A stretch of 64,000 bases of DNA from a virus: positions 1 to 64,000 of the IMG/VR virus record IMGVR_UViG_3300027747_004722; one strand, given 5' to 3'. The notes beneath the pieces were generated by a model that saw nothing but the letters and a program-made list of their open reading frames with translations, was not told where the DNA came from and ran no database searches. The translations under genes were made by a program, and so were the position numbers. Position 1 is the first letter of the stretch, and every line of letters begins with the position of its first letter. Shown here in pieces: positions 9,125 through 18,500 of the stretch.

Positions 9125-10413
9125 TCTTCAACTCCTGTTCTAAGTGGTTTCATGTCGTCCAGGCGGGCGCCGTGGACGCACGAGGTCCTCAGCCCGAGGC
9201 CGGGGAACATCGGATCCTCCTCCTCGAGAACCCTCGTGCCGACCTCGAAAACTTCGCCGACCTTGTTCTTGGCGCATACAACGCAGTATCCGTCGTGAAC
9301 GTGGAAGCACGACCTCGCGAGCCCCGACAAGGAGCCGTGGAGGCGTACGAGCTTCCTGAGACATATCATGCTGGCAGGGGACTGCACGGAGAAGTTGCGT
9401 ATCTTGTAGAGCTCTCGCTCCTCGAACCGACGCCGCCTCCCGAAGAAGTCCACGGCCATGTTGTCGCCATCGGGCGACTGGGAGGTTACCCAGTCAAAGG
9501 CGACAGGAAAGGCATCAACCAGCGTATCTATGATTCTGGAAGCAATTTCTTCCTTGATCCCCGTGCGGGACGCCAGCGACCGCGGGCCCTGGCCGAAAAC
9601 CACGGGCAGGAACACGTCCTTGCAGGTCTTCCTGTTGCCCTCCGTCGCCTCGGAGCGGATGACCCGCGACCATATGGCCCTGTACGGGTCGTCCCCCGAC
9701 TCCAATATCGACCCCAGGGCGGGGTCGCCGGAGAGCCACTGGAGGACGTTCACCTCCATGTTCCTGTAGTCGAAGTACACGAAAACCTCGTCGTACCCCG
9801 GGGGGCGCAGGTTGGCCTTCTGCTCCGCACCCATGGAATGCGGGTTGTAGTGGCCATCCGTCGGGACGACGGCCTTGAGGCGACCGTTGGCCTGGCCCTC
9901 CACCACGTAGGACGGGTACACGCATCGGCGCTTCGAGTTGTCCACCAGGCAGCAGGTCTCCATGTCGGGGAGGACGGAGGACACCAGCGGGAGGTAGACC
10001 TCCGTGTAGAAGGGCTTGAACGCGCCCCAGCCCGGGTGCCCGACGAGCCTCTTGAGGAGCCTCACGGCCTCGGGGAACGAAGAGGGAACCTCGCAATCCA
10101 CGGACAGGTAGGAGGAGATCACGGAAAGGTCGTAAAGGAAACCGCCCATCTCCATGGCCATCTCGGTGCGGGACTTCAGGAACGAGAAGACATCCTTCGC
10201 CGACCAGGAGATCAGGAACCTGTCGTTGTCCAGAAAGTGCTGTATGGACGCCGCCAGGTACGAGAGGGAAAGGTTGTCGGAGCAGGGGACCACCGCCCTC
10301 CCGCCTCCGAAATGGAAACGGAGCTCGGAGTCGGAGGCCCTCCCGGGATCGAACATGTAGAAATATATGTCATGTCCCCTGAGGCGGGACATCACGTCAG
10401 CCACTTCTGCCAT
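9121..10413 (-). CDS. Atypical compact family A DNA polymerase
   Basis: Motif A DYRNME, motif B RKTCKDVFLPVVFG, GRRRRF, NFSVQSPAS, motif C HVHDG; start uncertain (10413 or 10425). Confidence 0.85.
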   Translation of the reverse strand: MAEVADVMSRLRGHDIYFYMFDPGRASDSELRFHFGGGRAVVPCSDNLSLSYLAASIQHFLDNDRFLISWSAKDVFSFLKSRTEMAMEMGGFLYDLSVISSYLSVDCEVPSSFPEAVRLLKRLVGHPGWGAFKPFYTEVYLPLVSSVLPDMETCCLVDNSKRRCVYPSYVVEGQANGRLKAVVPTDGHYNPHSMGAEQKANLRPPGYDEVFVYFDYRNMEVNVLQWLSGDPALGSILESGDDPYRAIWSRVIRSEATEGNRKTCKDVFLPVVFGQGPRSLASRTGIKEEIASRIIDTLVDAFPVAFDWVTSQSPDGDNMAVDFFGRRRRFEERELYKIRNFSVQSPASMICLRKLVRLHGSLSGLARSCFHVHDGYCVVCAKNKVGEVFEVGTRVLEEEDPMFPGLGLRTSCVHGARLDDMKPLRTGVEE

Positions 10414-10609
10414 CGCCACGATCATAACCGGCGCGTGGCGATATTGAAATGCGTCCGGCCTTGGTGTTCTTGTGGAGCGAGTAGAGGAGACTCCTGTTGA
10501 TCTCTCCAAGTTCCTTGCCGTAGAAGAGACTCACGGCCTCCCGATACTCCATGCCCTTCCTCTCCGCGAGCCTTCTGATGTGCCTTCTTGTTTTTTTCTT
10601 GCTGCTCAT
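10397..10609 (-). CDS. Small basic protein (70 aa)
   Basis: MSSKKKTRRHIRRLAERKG...; overlaps the polymerase start. Confidence 0.5.
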   Translation of the reverse strand: MSSKKKTRRHIRRLAERKGMEYREAVSLFYGKELGEINRSLLYSLHKNTKAGRISISPRAGYDRGDGRSG

Positions 10610-10649
10610 TAGAAAATACTTGTGTAAGATTTGACAAACCACCCCTGTT

Positions 10650-11050
10650 TCACCCTAGAGAAGGGGCCTTCCCTCTGGGTACCCACTTAAAGAAACATAA
10701 TACCTATTGGCTCATGTCTCCCCAGTCTGGTGTACTTTGAGGTACGCCGACATTCCGATTGCCCGAACCCCTCCACCTGTATTATGGCGATCTTTTGATC
10801 TGGTACCCTTTTTCGGACCGTGACCCAGGCCCACGACGCATCGACTAGCGTCGGGTTACACGGCAAAGCACGGATCTCTCCGCGCCAAAAGACCTTTCTA
10901 CAGGCGACTCAGCCTCCTCCGTCATTGGCTATGCGAGTTTCAACGCAAAGGCTTAGGGACCGGGGAAGTATGATCCCCGTGGCTCCGCGATCTCTCGAAC
11001 GCGGACTCGAAAATGTTCTCCATTCGAATCTAGTTCAGGTTGAAGTTTTT
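10650..11050 (-). ncRNA. Candidate structured non-coding RNA (strand and ends approximate)
   Basis: No credible ORF; many stems; GNRA loops (GAGA, GCAA) and G-U pairs read correctly on the minus strand. Confidence 0.45.
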
Positions 11051-11131
11051 TGCTTTTCGTTATAGGTTATTGCAGGTTTTCCGCAGACGCAAAACATAAC
11101 TAGATTCATCCGGAGGGGCAATACCGAAATC

Positions 11132-11839
11132 ATGAGAGAGCTCGAGCCCATCATCGAATACAGCATGGACGCCAACGAGGCCAAGGCCTACAAGATAGCG
11201 CTCATGTGGCAGGACGAGTGCCGAAGGGAGATACCGAATGAGCCTTACGCGAGACTGAAGGCGGGATCGGACCCGAGGAGGTGCCTGCTCTTCAAGCACT
11301 GCTTCAAGCTGGCGAGGGAGATGAAAGGGATACTGGAGGACTCGGAGATATCCCTGTACATCAGGGCCCAGATACAGATGCTGAAGGCCATCAACGACGG
11401 TCTCGTGCACGCCCTGATAGAACCCCACTGCCTCACGGGCGACAAGGCCTGGAGAAGGTGGAAGCTCTGGAAGCACCGATACGAGAAGATGATATCCCGC
11501 CCGCGTTCGCCTTCGGACGCGTCCATACGCCCGAGCGACAGGAAGGCGAGGTCGGAGATATCCGCCTCGCTGGCATTCCTCGAAGAGGCCGGATGCACGG
11601 ACGCCTCCGCCTTCCGCGACAGGGCCGAGGACGTACGCAGGTGGGTCAAGAGCGGCAGGCTGTCAGGATTCTACGCGACGCTCTCGCCTTGGGTGCGGAA
11701 ATTCGTCGGAGACCCGTCCGAAATGGGCTTCGACCACGGCTACTACAGGGCCGCCGCCACACCGGAGATAGAGAGGTTCTTCAGGGAGTCCTTCCCCCAC
11801 GAGTTCGACCCCGGGAGGGAACCGTGCCTAGAAGCCTAG
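11132..11839 (+). CDS. Hypothetical protein
   Basis: 235 aa, backbone-like codon usage, GGAGG upstream. Confidence 0.75.
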   Translation: MRELEPIIEYSMDANEAKAYKIALMWQDECRREIPNEPYARLKAGSDPRRCLLFKHCFKLAREMKGILEDSEISLYIRAQIQMLKAINDGLVHALIEPHCLTGDKAWRRWKLWKHRYEKMISRPRSPSDASIRPSDRKARSEISASLAFLEEAGCTDASAFRDRAEDVRRWVKSGRLSGFYATLSPWVRKFVGDPSEMGFDHGYYRAAATPEIERFFRESFPHEFDPGREPCLEA

Positions 11840-12729
11840 TCACAGGCGGGGCCGGGTTCATAGGCTCCAACCTCGTGGACGCGCTCGTCGGGGTCGGACA
11901 CGACGTGGTCTGCGTCGACAACGAATCCTCCGAGTCCAACGAAAGGTTCCACTGGAACGGGATGGCGGAGAACCACAAGGTGGACATCTGCGACAAGGAC
12001 TCCATGATGAGGCTCATGGCCGGGGCGGACTACGTCTTCCACCTGGCGGCGGCGGCGAGGATAGGGATAACCATGTCCGACCCCGTGGGAACCTTCAGGA
12101 CGAACGCTCTCGGCACCGCCACCGTGCTAGAATGCGCCAGGGCAAACGGCGTCAGGAGGCTGGTTTTCTCGTCCACGAGCTCCGTGTACGGCAGGAACCC
12201 AGTTCCCAACAGGGAATCCCAGAGGCCCGACCCGCTCAACCCCTATTCGGCGTCGAAGGCCGCAGGCGAGATCGCGTGCAGGATGTACTGGGATGCGTTC
12301 GGCCTCCCCACCATCACGCTTCGCTACTTCAACGTCTACGGGCCGAGGGAGCCGCAGAGGGGCATTTACGCCCCGGTCGTGGGGATATTCAGGAGGCAGA
12401 TTGAATCGGGCGACCACCTGACCGTGGTGGGCGACGGGCTCCAGCGCAGGGACTTCACGCACGTGTACGACGTCGCGAGGGCGAACATAATGGCGGCGGA
12501 GGCGGACCTGCCCGAAGGATGCCTGGGCGAGCCCTTCAACATAGGCTCGGGGAAAAACCTCTCGGTGCTGGAGATAGCGGACATGATGTCCGAAAGGCGG
12601 GTCCATGTCCCGGCCCGCAAGGGCGAGATGAGGGAGACCCTGGCGGACAACTCCAGGGCCATGGATTCATTCGGCTGGCGGCCCGCGTTCAGGATCGAGG
12701 ACTACATCCGATCCGCCGTACGCGACTGA
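11824..12729 (+). CDS. NAD-dependent epimerase/dehydratase (GalE/WcaG-like SDR)
   Basis: VTGGAGFIGS, HLAA, YSASK, RYFNVYGP, RDFTHV; GTG start at 11824. Confidence 0.92.
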   Translation: MPRSLVTGGAGFIGSNLVDALVGVGHDVVCVDNESSESNERFHWNGMAENHKVDICDKDSMMRLMAGADYVFHLAAAARIGITMSDPVGTFRTNALGTATVLECARANGVRRLVFSSTSSVYGRNPVPNRESQRPDPLNPYSASKAAGEIACRMYWDAFGLPTITLRYFNVYGPREPQRGIYAPVVGIFRRQIESGDHLTVVGDGLQRRDFTHVYDVARANIMAAEADLPEGCLGEPFNIGSGKNLSVLEIADMMSERRVHVPARKGEMRETLADNSRAMDSFGWRPAFRIEDYIRSAVRD

Positions 12730-13494
12730 AGTTTCGATCTCCTCGCCGTTCATGCACGCCCTTATCCACGGCACGAACAGGCTGATCCTGGTGTGGGCGC
12801 ACTCGTCGCCGTAGTCGGAGTTGGACTTGCCGTCCACGGCCGAAACGAACGAGTTGATGCCCGCCAGCTTCTGGTCGATGAACATCCCGCCTCCGCTGTC
12901 GCCCGGGGCTATCACGAACTCCAGCTCCGTCTTCGCGCCGCTGCCGGTCGAGCACACTAGAACGTGCCTCTCGGCGCGGTCCACCTTGTTCGACCCGGCC
13001 CGCTTCCTGCCGTCCGACCTCACCGCGCCGCTTGAGAAAGTGCCGGTCGATCCGTACCCGCATATGCTCGCAACCTTGCCGCTCTCGTCCAAACCCTCGT
13101 ACAGACCGGGGTAGAAGTCCAGCGCCATGTCGTCCTCGGACTCGCACAGAGCTATGTCGTACCTGCCGAGGTTCTCCTCCTTGAACATTCGGTTCACTAT
13201 CACCCTCTTCATCGCGTGTTCGGCCCCCCTGACCCGCACGCGCACCCCCGAAGTCTTGCTGACGACGTGGGCGGCCGTGACCACCCATCTCCTGCCTATC
13301 ACCACCGCGCTGGCGGAGAACTGGTGGGGCTTACCGTCCTGCATGCCGCACTCGCAGTTGCCGTATATCGGGACCACGCACTCGTGGAGCTCGCCGTAGG
13401 CCAGGTACCTCTCGTCGGGAACCGAAGGGTCCGTCGTGCCCGCGAAGCAGAGCGAGGAAAGGGCGACAAACAGAAGAAACGACCTGACGATCAT
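12667..13494 (-). CDS. Trypsin-like serine protease with signal peptide
   Basis: TAAHV, DIAL and GDSGG catalytic triad; hydrophobic N-terminus MIVRSFLLFVALSSLCFAG. Confidence 0.88.
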   Translation of the reverse strand: MIVRSFLLFVALSSLCFAGTTDPSVPDERYLAYGELHECVVPIYGNCECGMQDGKPHQFSASAVVIGRRWVVTAAHVVSKTSGVRVRVRGAEHAMKRVIVNRMFKEENLGRYDIALCESEDDMALDFYPGLYEGLDESGKVASICGYGSTGTFSSGAVRSDGRKRAGSNKVDRAERHVLVCSTGSGAKTELEFVIAPGDSGGGMFIDQKLAGINSFVSAVDGKSNSDYGDECAHTRISLFVPWIRACMNGEEIETSVAYGGSDVVLDPERGPPAE

Positions 13495-13639
13495 GATTCC
13501 CTCCCGAAGATGAGTCCTTTGTGCCAACCCCTATCTATGCCGCCGTTGGGACCATTTTTTTCCCGAGGCATCGCGGATCGAGGCGCATAGGCGGTAAATA
13601 CATCGGATTTCGCAAGAGAAAAACAGCGCAGGAGGCGCG

Positions 13640-14317
13640 ATGAGACTAGGGGCATCAGCAAGGAAGGAGAGGGTTATGGTCGTCATGCCGACCTACCACT
13701 CGGCTCTCGAGTGGATAGACAGGGCCGTCACATCCGTGGCGTCGCAGACCTACGAGGACTTCGACTGCATGATCGTGAAGGACGGATGCAGGCACGCCGA
13801 AGGGGTCCGTTCCTGCATGGAATGCGAGATATGCAGGGACACGGTCGCGTTCTGCAGGTCGGTATCGGACCCGAGGTTCAGCTTCCACTCGCTGCCGGTG
13901 AACTGCGGCGCGGCGGGATGGGGGCCGAGGAACTTCGCCATAATGAACTCCAGGCACGACCTGATCTGCTACCTGGACGACGACAACTGGTACGAACCCG
14001 ACCACATAGAGAGGCTCTACGAGGCCATCTCCGAAAGGGAGTCCGACATGGCATACACGGGGACCCGCCTGTGGAGCCACGACATGAGGGCGGTCGGCGA
14101 GCGCGTCCACCCCGACGCCCCGAAGCAGGGCTACGTGGACACGAGCGAGATAATGCACAGGAGGAGCCTCATAGATAGGCACGGTGGTTGGCGGAAGGTT
14201 CCCAAGGGGAACGACTGGGACCTGGTGTCAAGGTGGGACGGCATACGGTGGTCCCACACGAACCGCATCACCCTGAACTTCTATTTGAGGGAAGGATGCG
14301 GAATACACAGGACCTGA
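13640..14317 (+). CDS. Glycosyltransferase family 2
   Basis: VVMPTY, SVASQTY, RNFAI, YLDDDN. Confidence 0.85.
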   Translation: MRLGASARKERVMVVMPTYHSALEWIDRAVTSVASQTYEDFDCMIVKDGCRHAEGVRSCMECEICRDTVAFCRSVSDPRFSFHSLPVNCGAAGWGPRNFAIMNSRHDLICYLDDDNWYEPDHIERLYEAISERESDMAYTGTRLWSHDMRAVGERVHPDAPKQGYVDTSEIMHRRSLIDRHGGWRKVPKGNDWDLVSRWDGIRWSHTNRITLNFYLREGCGIHRT

Positions 14318-15507
14318 AGGACTTCATGGAGAGGTGGGCCGACGCCTGCCTCCCCAGCAGGGACATGCTCCTGGAATACCTCCCCATATGCGGCGGACTG
14401 CTCTACGAGGACGAGTCCACGGTCAGGGAGGTTTCTTCCCTCCTGCGCAGGAACATGGAGTCGTGGGCCATGTCCAACAGCCCCGCGTACAGGGACATGG
14501 GCGAGGGATTTGTCACGCGCGACGAACTTGTCCACACCTCCATGTGGCATGTCGGATCGGCACTGGGCGAATCCGCCAGGATGGCCACCAGCGGCAGCAC
14601 TACGGGGCGACCCTTCGGCTACCTGCGGTGGGACCCATCGCTTCGCGCGATCGAGGCCGACAACCACTACGACCTCGTCATGGACGAGTTCGGCATGCCG
14701 GAGACGCCCCACGTACTGAACATGTTCAACAGCGTCATGTACGAGCCGTCGCTCGACGTGACGGTGCGTACGGACTCCGAAAACTTCATGGACCACCACG
14801 GCCTGAAGAGGAGGGCCGTCGTCCACTACGTCAACTTCAAGGCCATGGAGAGGGACAGGAACTCCTACATGAGGCACATACTAGGGTACCTGGGGAGGCG
14901 GAGGGTGGACGTCATATTCGCCCCGGGGTCTACCATAAACGCCCTCTGCGATATCATGAGGAAGCACAAGAGAAGGGACAGGCTCTGCTCCCTAGTCAGC
15001 AACACCAACGAGAGGCTGCTGCCGTCCGACAGGGAGTTCCTCCTGGAAGGCAGGGCGGACTATGTCTGCGACCACATGCGGTCGTGGGACGGCGGGGCCA
15101 CCTTCTTCACCTGCCGCCACGGAACCTACCACCTGATGGACAACATCTCCTGGGCGGAGGAGATGGAGGGCAGGCTGGTGTGCACGGACTACTTCAACAT
15201 CGCCAGCCCCTTCGTCAGGTACTGGAACGGAGACTACTGCCGCATAGCCCCGGAATACGTCAGGTGCGAGTGCGGAAGGCTCTTCCGACCCTTCGAATTC
15301 ATGGAAAGCAGGCCTTTCTCGCTCAAGGGGCTGTGCATCTTGGACATCAGGAAAAAGATCGAATCGCTGTCCCTTTGCGGCATCAAACGGGTGCTCTGCG
15401 GCCTAAATACGATAGACGTCGTGTCTTCGGAAGAAATTTCCGACGAAAACATGAGGGCCATCGAGGCTGTCGCCGGGAATTTCAAGTTCCGATTCTTGGT
15501 CGAATAG
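14296..15507 (+). CDS. CapK/PaaK-like adenylate-forming (ANL) enzyme
   Basis: TSGSTTGRP P-loop, TDYFN..PFVRYWNGD, CECGR. Confidence 0.7.
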   Translation: MRNTQDLKDFMERWADACLPSRDMLLEYLPICGGLLYEDESTVREVSSLLRRNMESWAMSNSPAYRDMGEGFVTRDELVHTSMWHVGSALGESARMATSGSTTGRPFGYLRWDPSLRAIEADNHYDLVMDEFGMPETPHVLNMFNSVMYEPSLDVTVRTDSENFMDHHGLKRRAVVHYVNFKAMERDRNSYMRHILGYLGRRRVDVIFAPGSTINALCDIMRKHKRRDRLCSLVSNTNERLLPSDREFLLEGRADYVCDHMRSWDGGATFFTCRHGTYHLMDNISWAEEMEGRLVCTDYFNIASPFVRYWNGDYCRIAPEYVRCECGRLFRPFEFMESRPFSLKGLCILDIRKKIESLSLCGIKRVLCGLNTIDVVSSEEISDENMRAIEAVAGNFKFRFLVE

Positions 15508-15519
15508 CCTTCGACCAAT

Positions 15520-18500
15520 ATGCACAAAACAAACCCCGAAATACTGTTCAGCCTCACGGACAAGCCTTGCATGTGCCCTGCCGGGAGCAACGATTTTGAT
15601 TCTTGGCCCGAGTATGTCGGAATTTGTGGCGTGCCGTGTCTTGCCTACGTATGCTATAATAGGGACACCATAGATGCAAAGTGCCTGCCATTCCCAAATA
15701 TTGGCTTTGGTTTTCCGACGATAGGGGAATGCGAACAATATTGCGGTTTGAGTAAAAGTTCTTCGAGCTCCGGCGGAGGCCCATCCAGCAGCAGCTCCGG
15801 AGGAGGCCCATCCAGCAGTTCCGGAGGAGGCCCATCCAGCAGTTCCGGCGGAGGCCCATCCAGCAGTTCCGGCGGAGGCCCATCCAGCAGTTCCGGCGAT
15901 CGCTGCCCTATCGGCTTCTACGAAGCCGCCACCGATCCGTCGGGATCGCCCATTTGCTGTCCCGATGGATACTGCTACGACGGTTCGTGCAAGCCGCCAG
16001 GACAGTGTGGAGGCAGTAGCTCCAGTACGGAGTGCCCCGAAGGCGAGACCTGCGGGGAACCGTACACCAAATGCGAACCAAAGACAGAGGGAAGTGGCTG
16101 CGAGGAGCGGGGCTATATAAGAATTTGCCAAAGCGGACAATGCAATGATGTGTTCGCTGGAGTGGTCACATCCGAGTGCGACTGCCCATCCAGCAGCAGC
16201 TCGGCACCCTCCAGCAGCAGCTCCAGAGGTGGTAAGTGGTCCTGCGTGACCGCTAACAGGTGCGAGGAGGGGTCGACAGGCCCGTACGACGACGAGACCG
16301 CGTGCCTCGATGGTGCCAACCAAGACTGCGGTTGTGTCACGATTTCCTGCCCTCCGGACGAGCCGGGGCCGTGCGACCCCGATTACTGCACCAGGACTGT
16401 TACCACCCATCCATGCGTCATCGACAACGACGGCAATCCCTACTGTACAGGGGATCTGCAGATCGTCCCGTGTTCCGAATGCTGCCCGGAGGGTGAGGGG
16501 AACGAGTGCGCCGAGCCGTACTTTGGCGAATGCGTCCCGTCGAACCGCTGGGCAGGATGTGAGCAAGTATGGCTTCACTACAACTGTAGGGATGGAAGTT
16601 GCCAAGAAATTAACGACATCATCAGCTGCGACTGTCCGGCCAGCAGCAGCTCCTCAATTCCTTGTGATCCTCCGTGTGCCAGCTGCCAGAAGTGCGTCAG
16701 CGGCACATGTGTTCCCCACAACGAGGGAGCGATGTGCGAGAACAACCCTTGCAGGTACTGTCAAGGAGGATCATGCGTTGATGTTCCTAAAAACACGCTT
16801 TGCGGCGACGCATGTCACAAGTGTAAGGACGGAGACTGCATATTCCTGTGCCAAAACCCCGACGATGTATGTTGCGACAACGGACAATGCTGTGACAAAA
16901 ACCATGTATGTTGCCCAGACGGTTGCTGCGATCCATGTACCAAATGCGCCGACGGAGGAGGGTGCGAGTCCATACTGAACGACTGCCAGGAGTGCAAGGA
17001 CGGCAAACCCAAGTCAAAGTGCGGGGAATGCGAGGACTGTACGGACGGCAAATGTGTGGCGAACGGCAAGGTAAAGACGACAGGCGGAAAATGCGCATGC
17101 CCGCAGAATACAGTCGAAGTGGACGGAGTTTGCACGCCTTTCGGATTCGACTGCGGACCGTCAGGGTGCACGAAGGTAATAGGGGGTGGAACATACGACA
17201 ACCTGACGGAGTGCAACAGGTGGTGCACCGGAAACTGCAAGCCCATCCCGACCCCCCCTTCGGGCGAGCCTCTTCTTTGTCCTGACGGAAGTCAGTACGG
17301 CATCATAATTTACCCGAACTTCAACCTCACAAGCTGCTCGTGGACCGGACAGCCCCTTTTGTTCAGGTCGTGCGACGATGGCGGAGGCGGAGGAAGCAGC
17401 AGCGATTCCGGCACACCTCCGTCTTCAAGTGCTTGCTGCGACATTGCCGACTCCAAGTCCGATGCCGTTTACGAATTCTTGTGCGACTATGCCGTTCTCA
17501 AGACCTTGGGCTACGGAAGCCCCAGCACATGCTTCGGATTCTATGTTGAATACGAGTGGTGCAAGTCCTGTGCGGACGGAGCGCCCTCTGTCAGACAGAC
17601 CACCGTGCATATTTTCGACAAAAATTCTTGTGAATTTAAAACCATTTCCGTGTCTCAAGCGCTCCCATGCCCCGAGGCATCTTCAAGTTCGGGAGGAAGC
17701 AGTTCGAGCGAGTCCAGCAGTTCGAGCGAGTCCAGCAGTTCGAGCGAGTCCAGCAGTTCGAGCGAGTCCAGCAGCTCAAGTAGCTCAAGCAGTTCGTCGT
17801 CCAGCAGTTCGTCGTCCAGCAGTTCGTCCATAACCTCCAGCAGTTCGTCCAGCAGTTCGAGCGATTCCAGCAGTTCAAGCAGCAGTTCGAGCAGTCTATG
17901 CAGTATAGGCGGACTTACAGACTTCAATTCTGTAAAGTGTTGTTTGTACATAGATTCAAATTTAACTTGGCCTGAAAATTGTCAAACAATAACTCTTGGA
18001 TCAATATGCGAAGAATGTCCACCAGGATCTGGAAGTTATAATTTCACTGACTCTCAAATTTCCGACATAAGCACTCCTTGTTTTGAATGGGAACTTTGCG
18101 GACAAGCAAGCAGCTCAAGCAGCTCTGAATGCACGTGCGACCCTTCAACCGGCTCCAATCCCCCAGGATGCTCCCCCGACTGCGTAGAAAGATTCAAATG
18201 CAATAGCAATGGAAACTGCGACAGCCTAGGCTATTACACTGATTCCAACGCTCCATCGGGAAGCACAACAGATTGCGCAAATTGCTCCATTTGGTGCTGT
18301 ATTTCTGGAAAATGCGTGGAAGTTTTTGGAGACTCCCCATCCGACGCAACTGCTATATGCTATAACGTCCTTGGGGGTTACGCCGGGTGGATCGCAGAAG
18401 ATGGGTCGTCGGCCAATGACCAAGAGCATTGCGAGAAACAGTGCCATCCAACCTCGAGCAATAGCTCTGAATGCACGTGCGACCCTGCAACCGGCTCCAA

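Noticed and set aside
5136-10500. Many long shadow ORFs opposite real genes (also throughout the window)
   Set aside because: These are expected from high GC3 codon bias. They have no motifs and fully overlap confident genes.
10820-11065. 81-aa plus-strand ORF in the intergenic region
   Set aside because: No SD or backbone-like codon pattern; the stem pattern fits RNA structure better.
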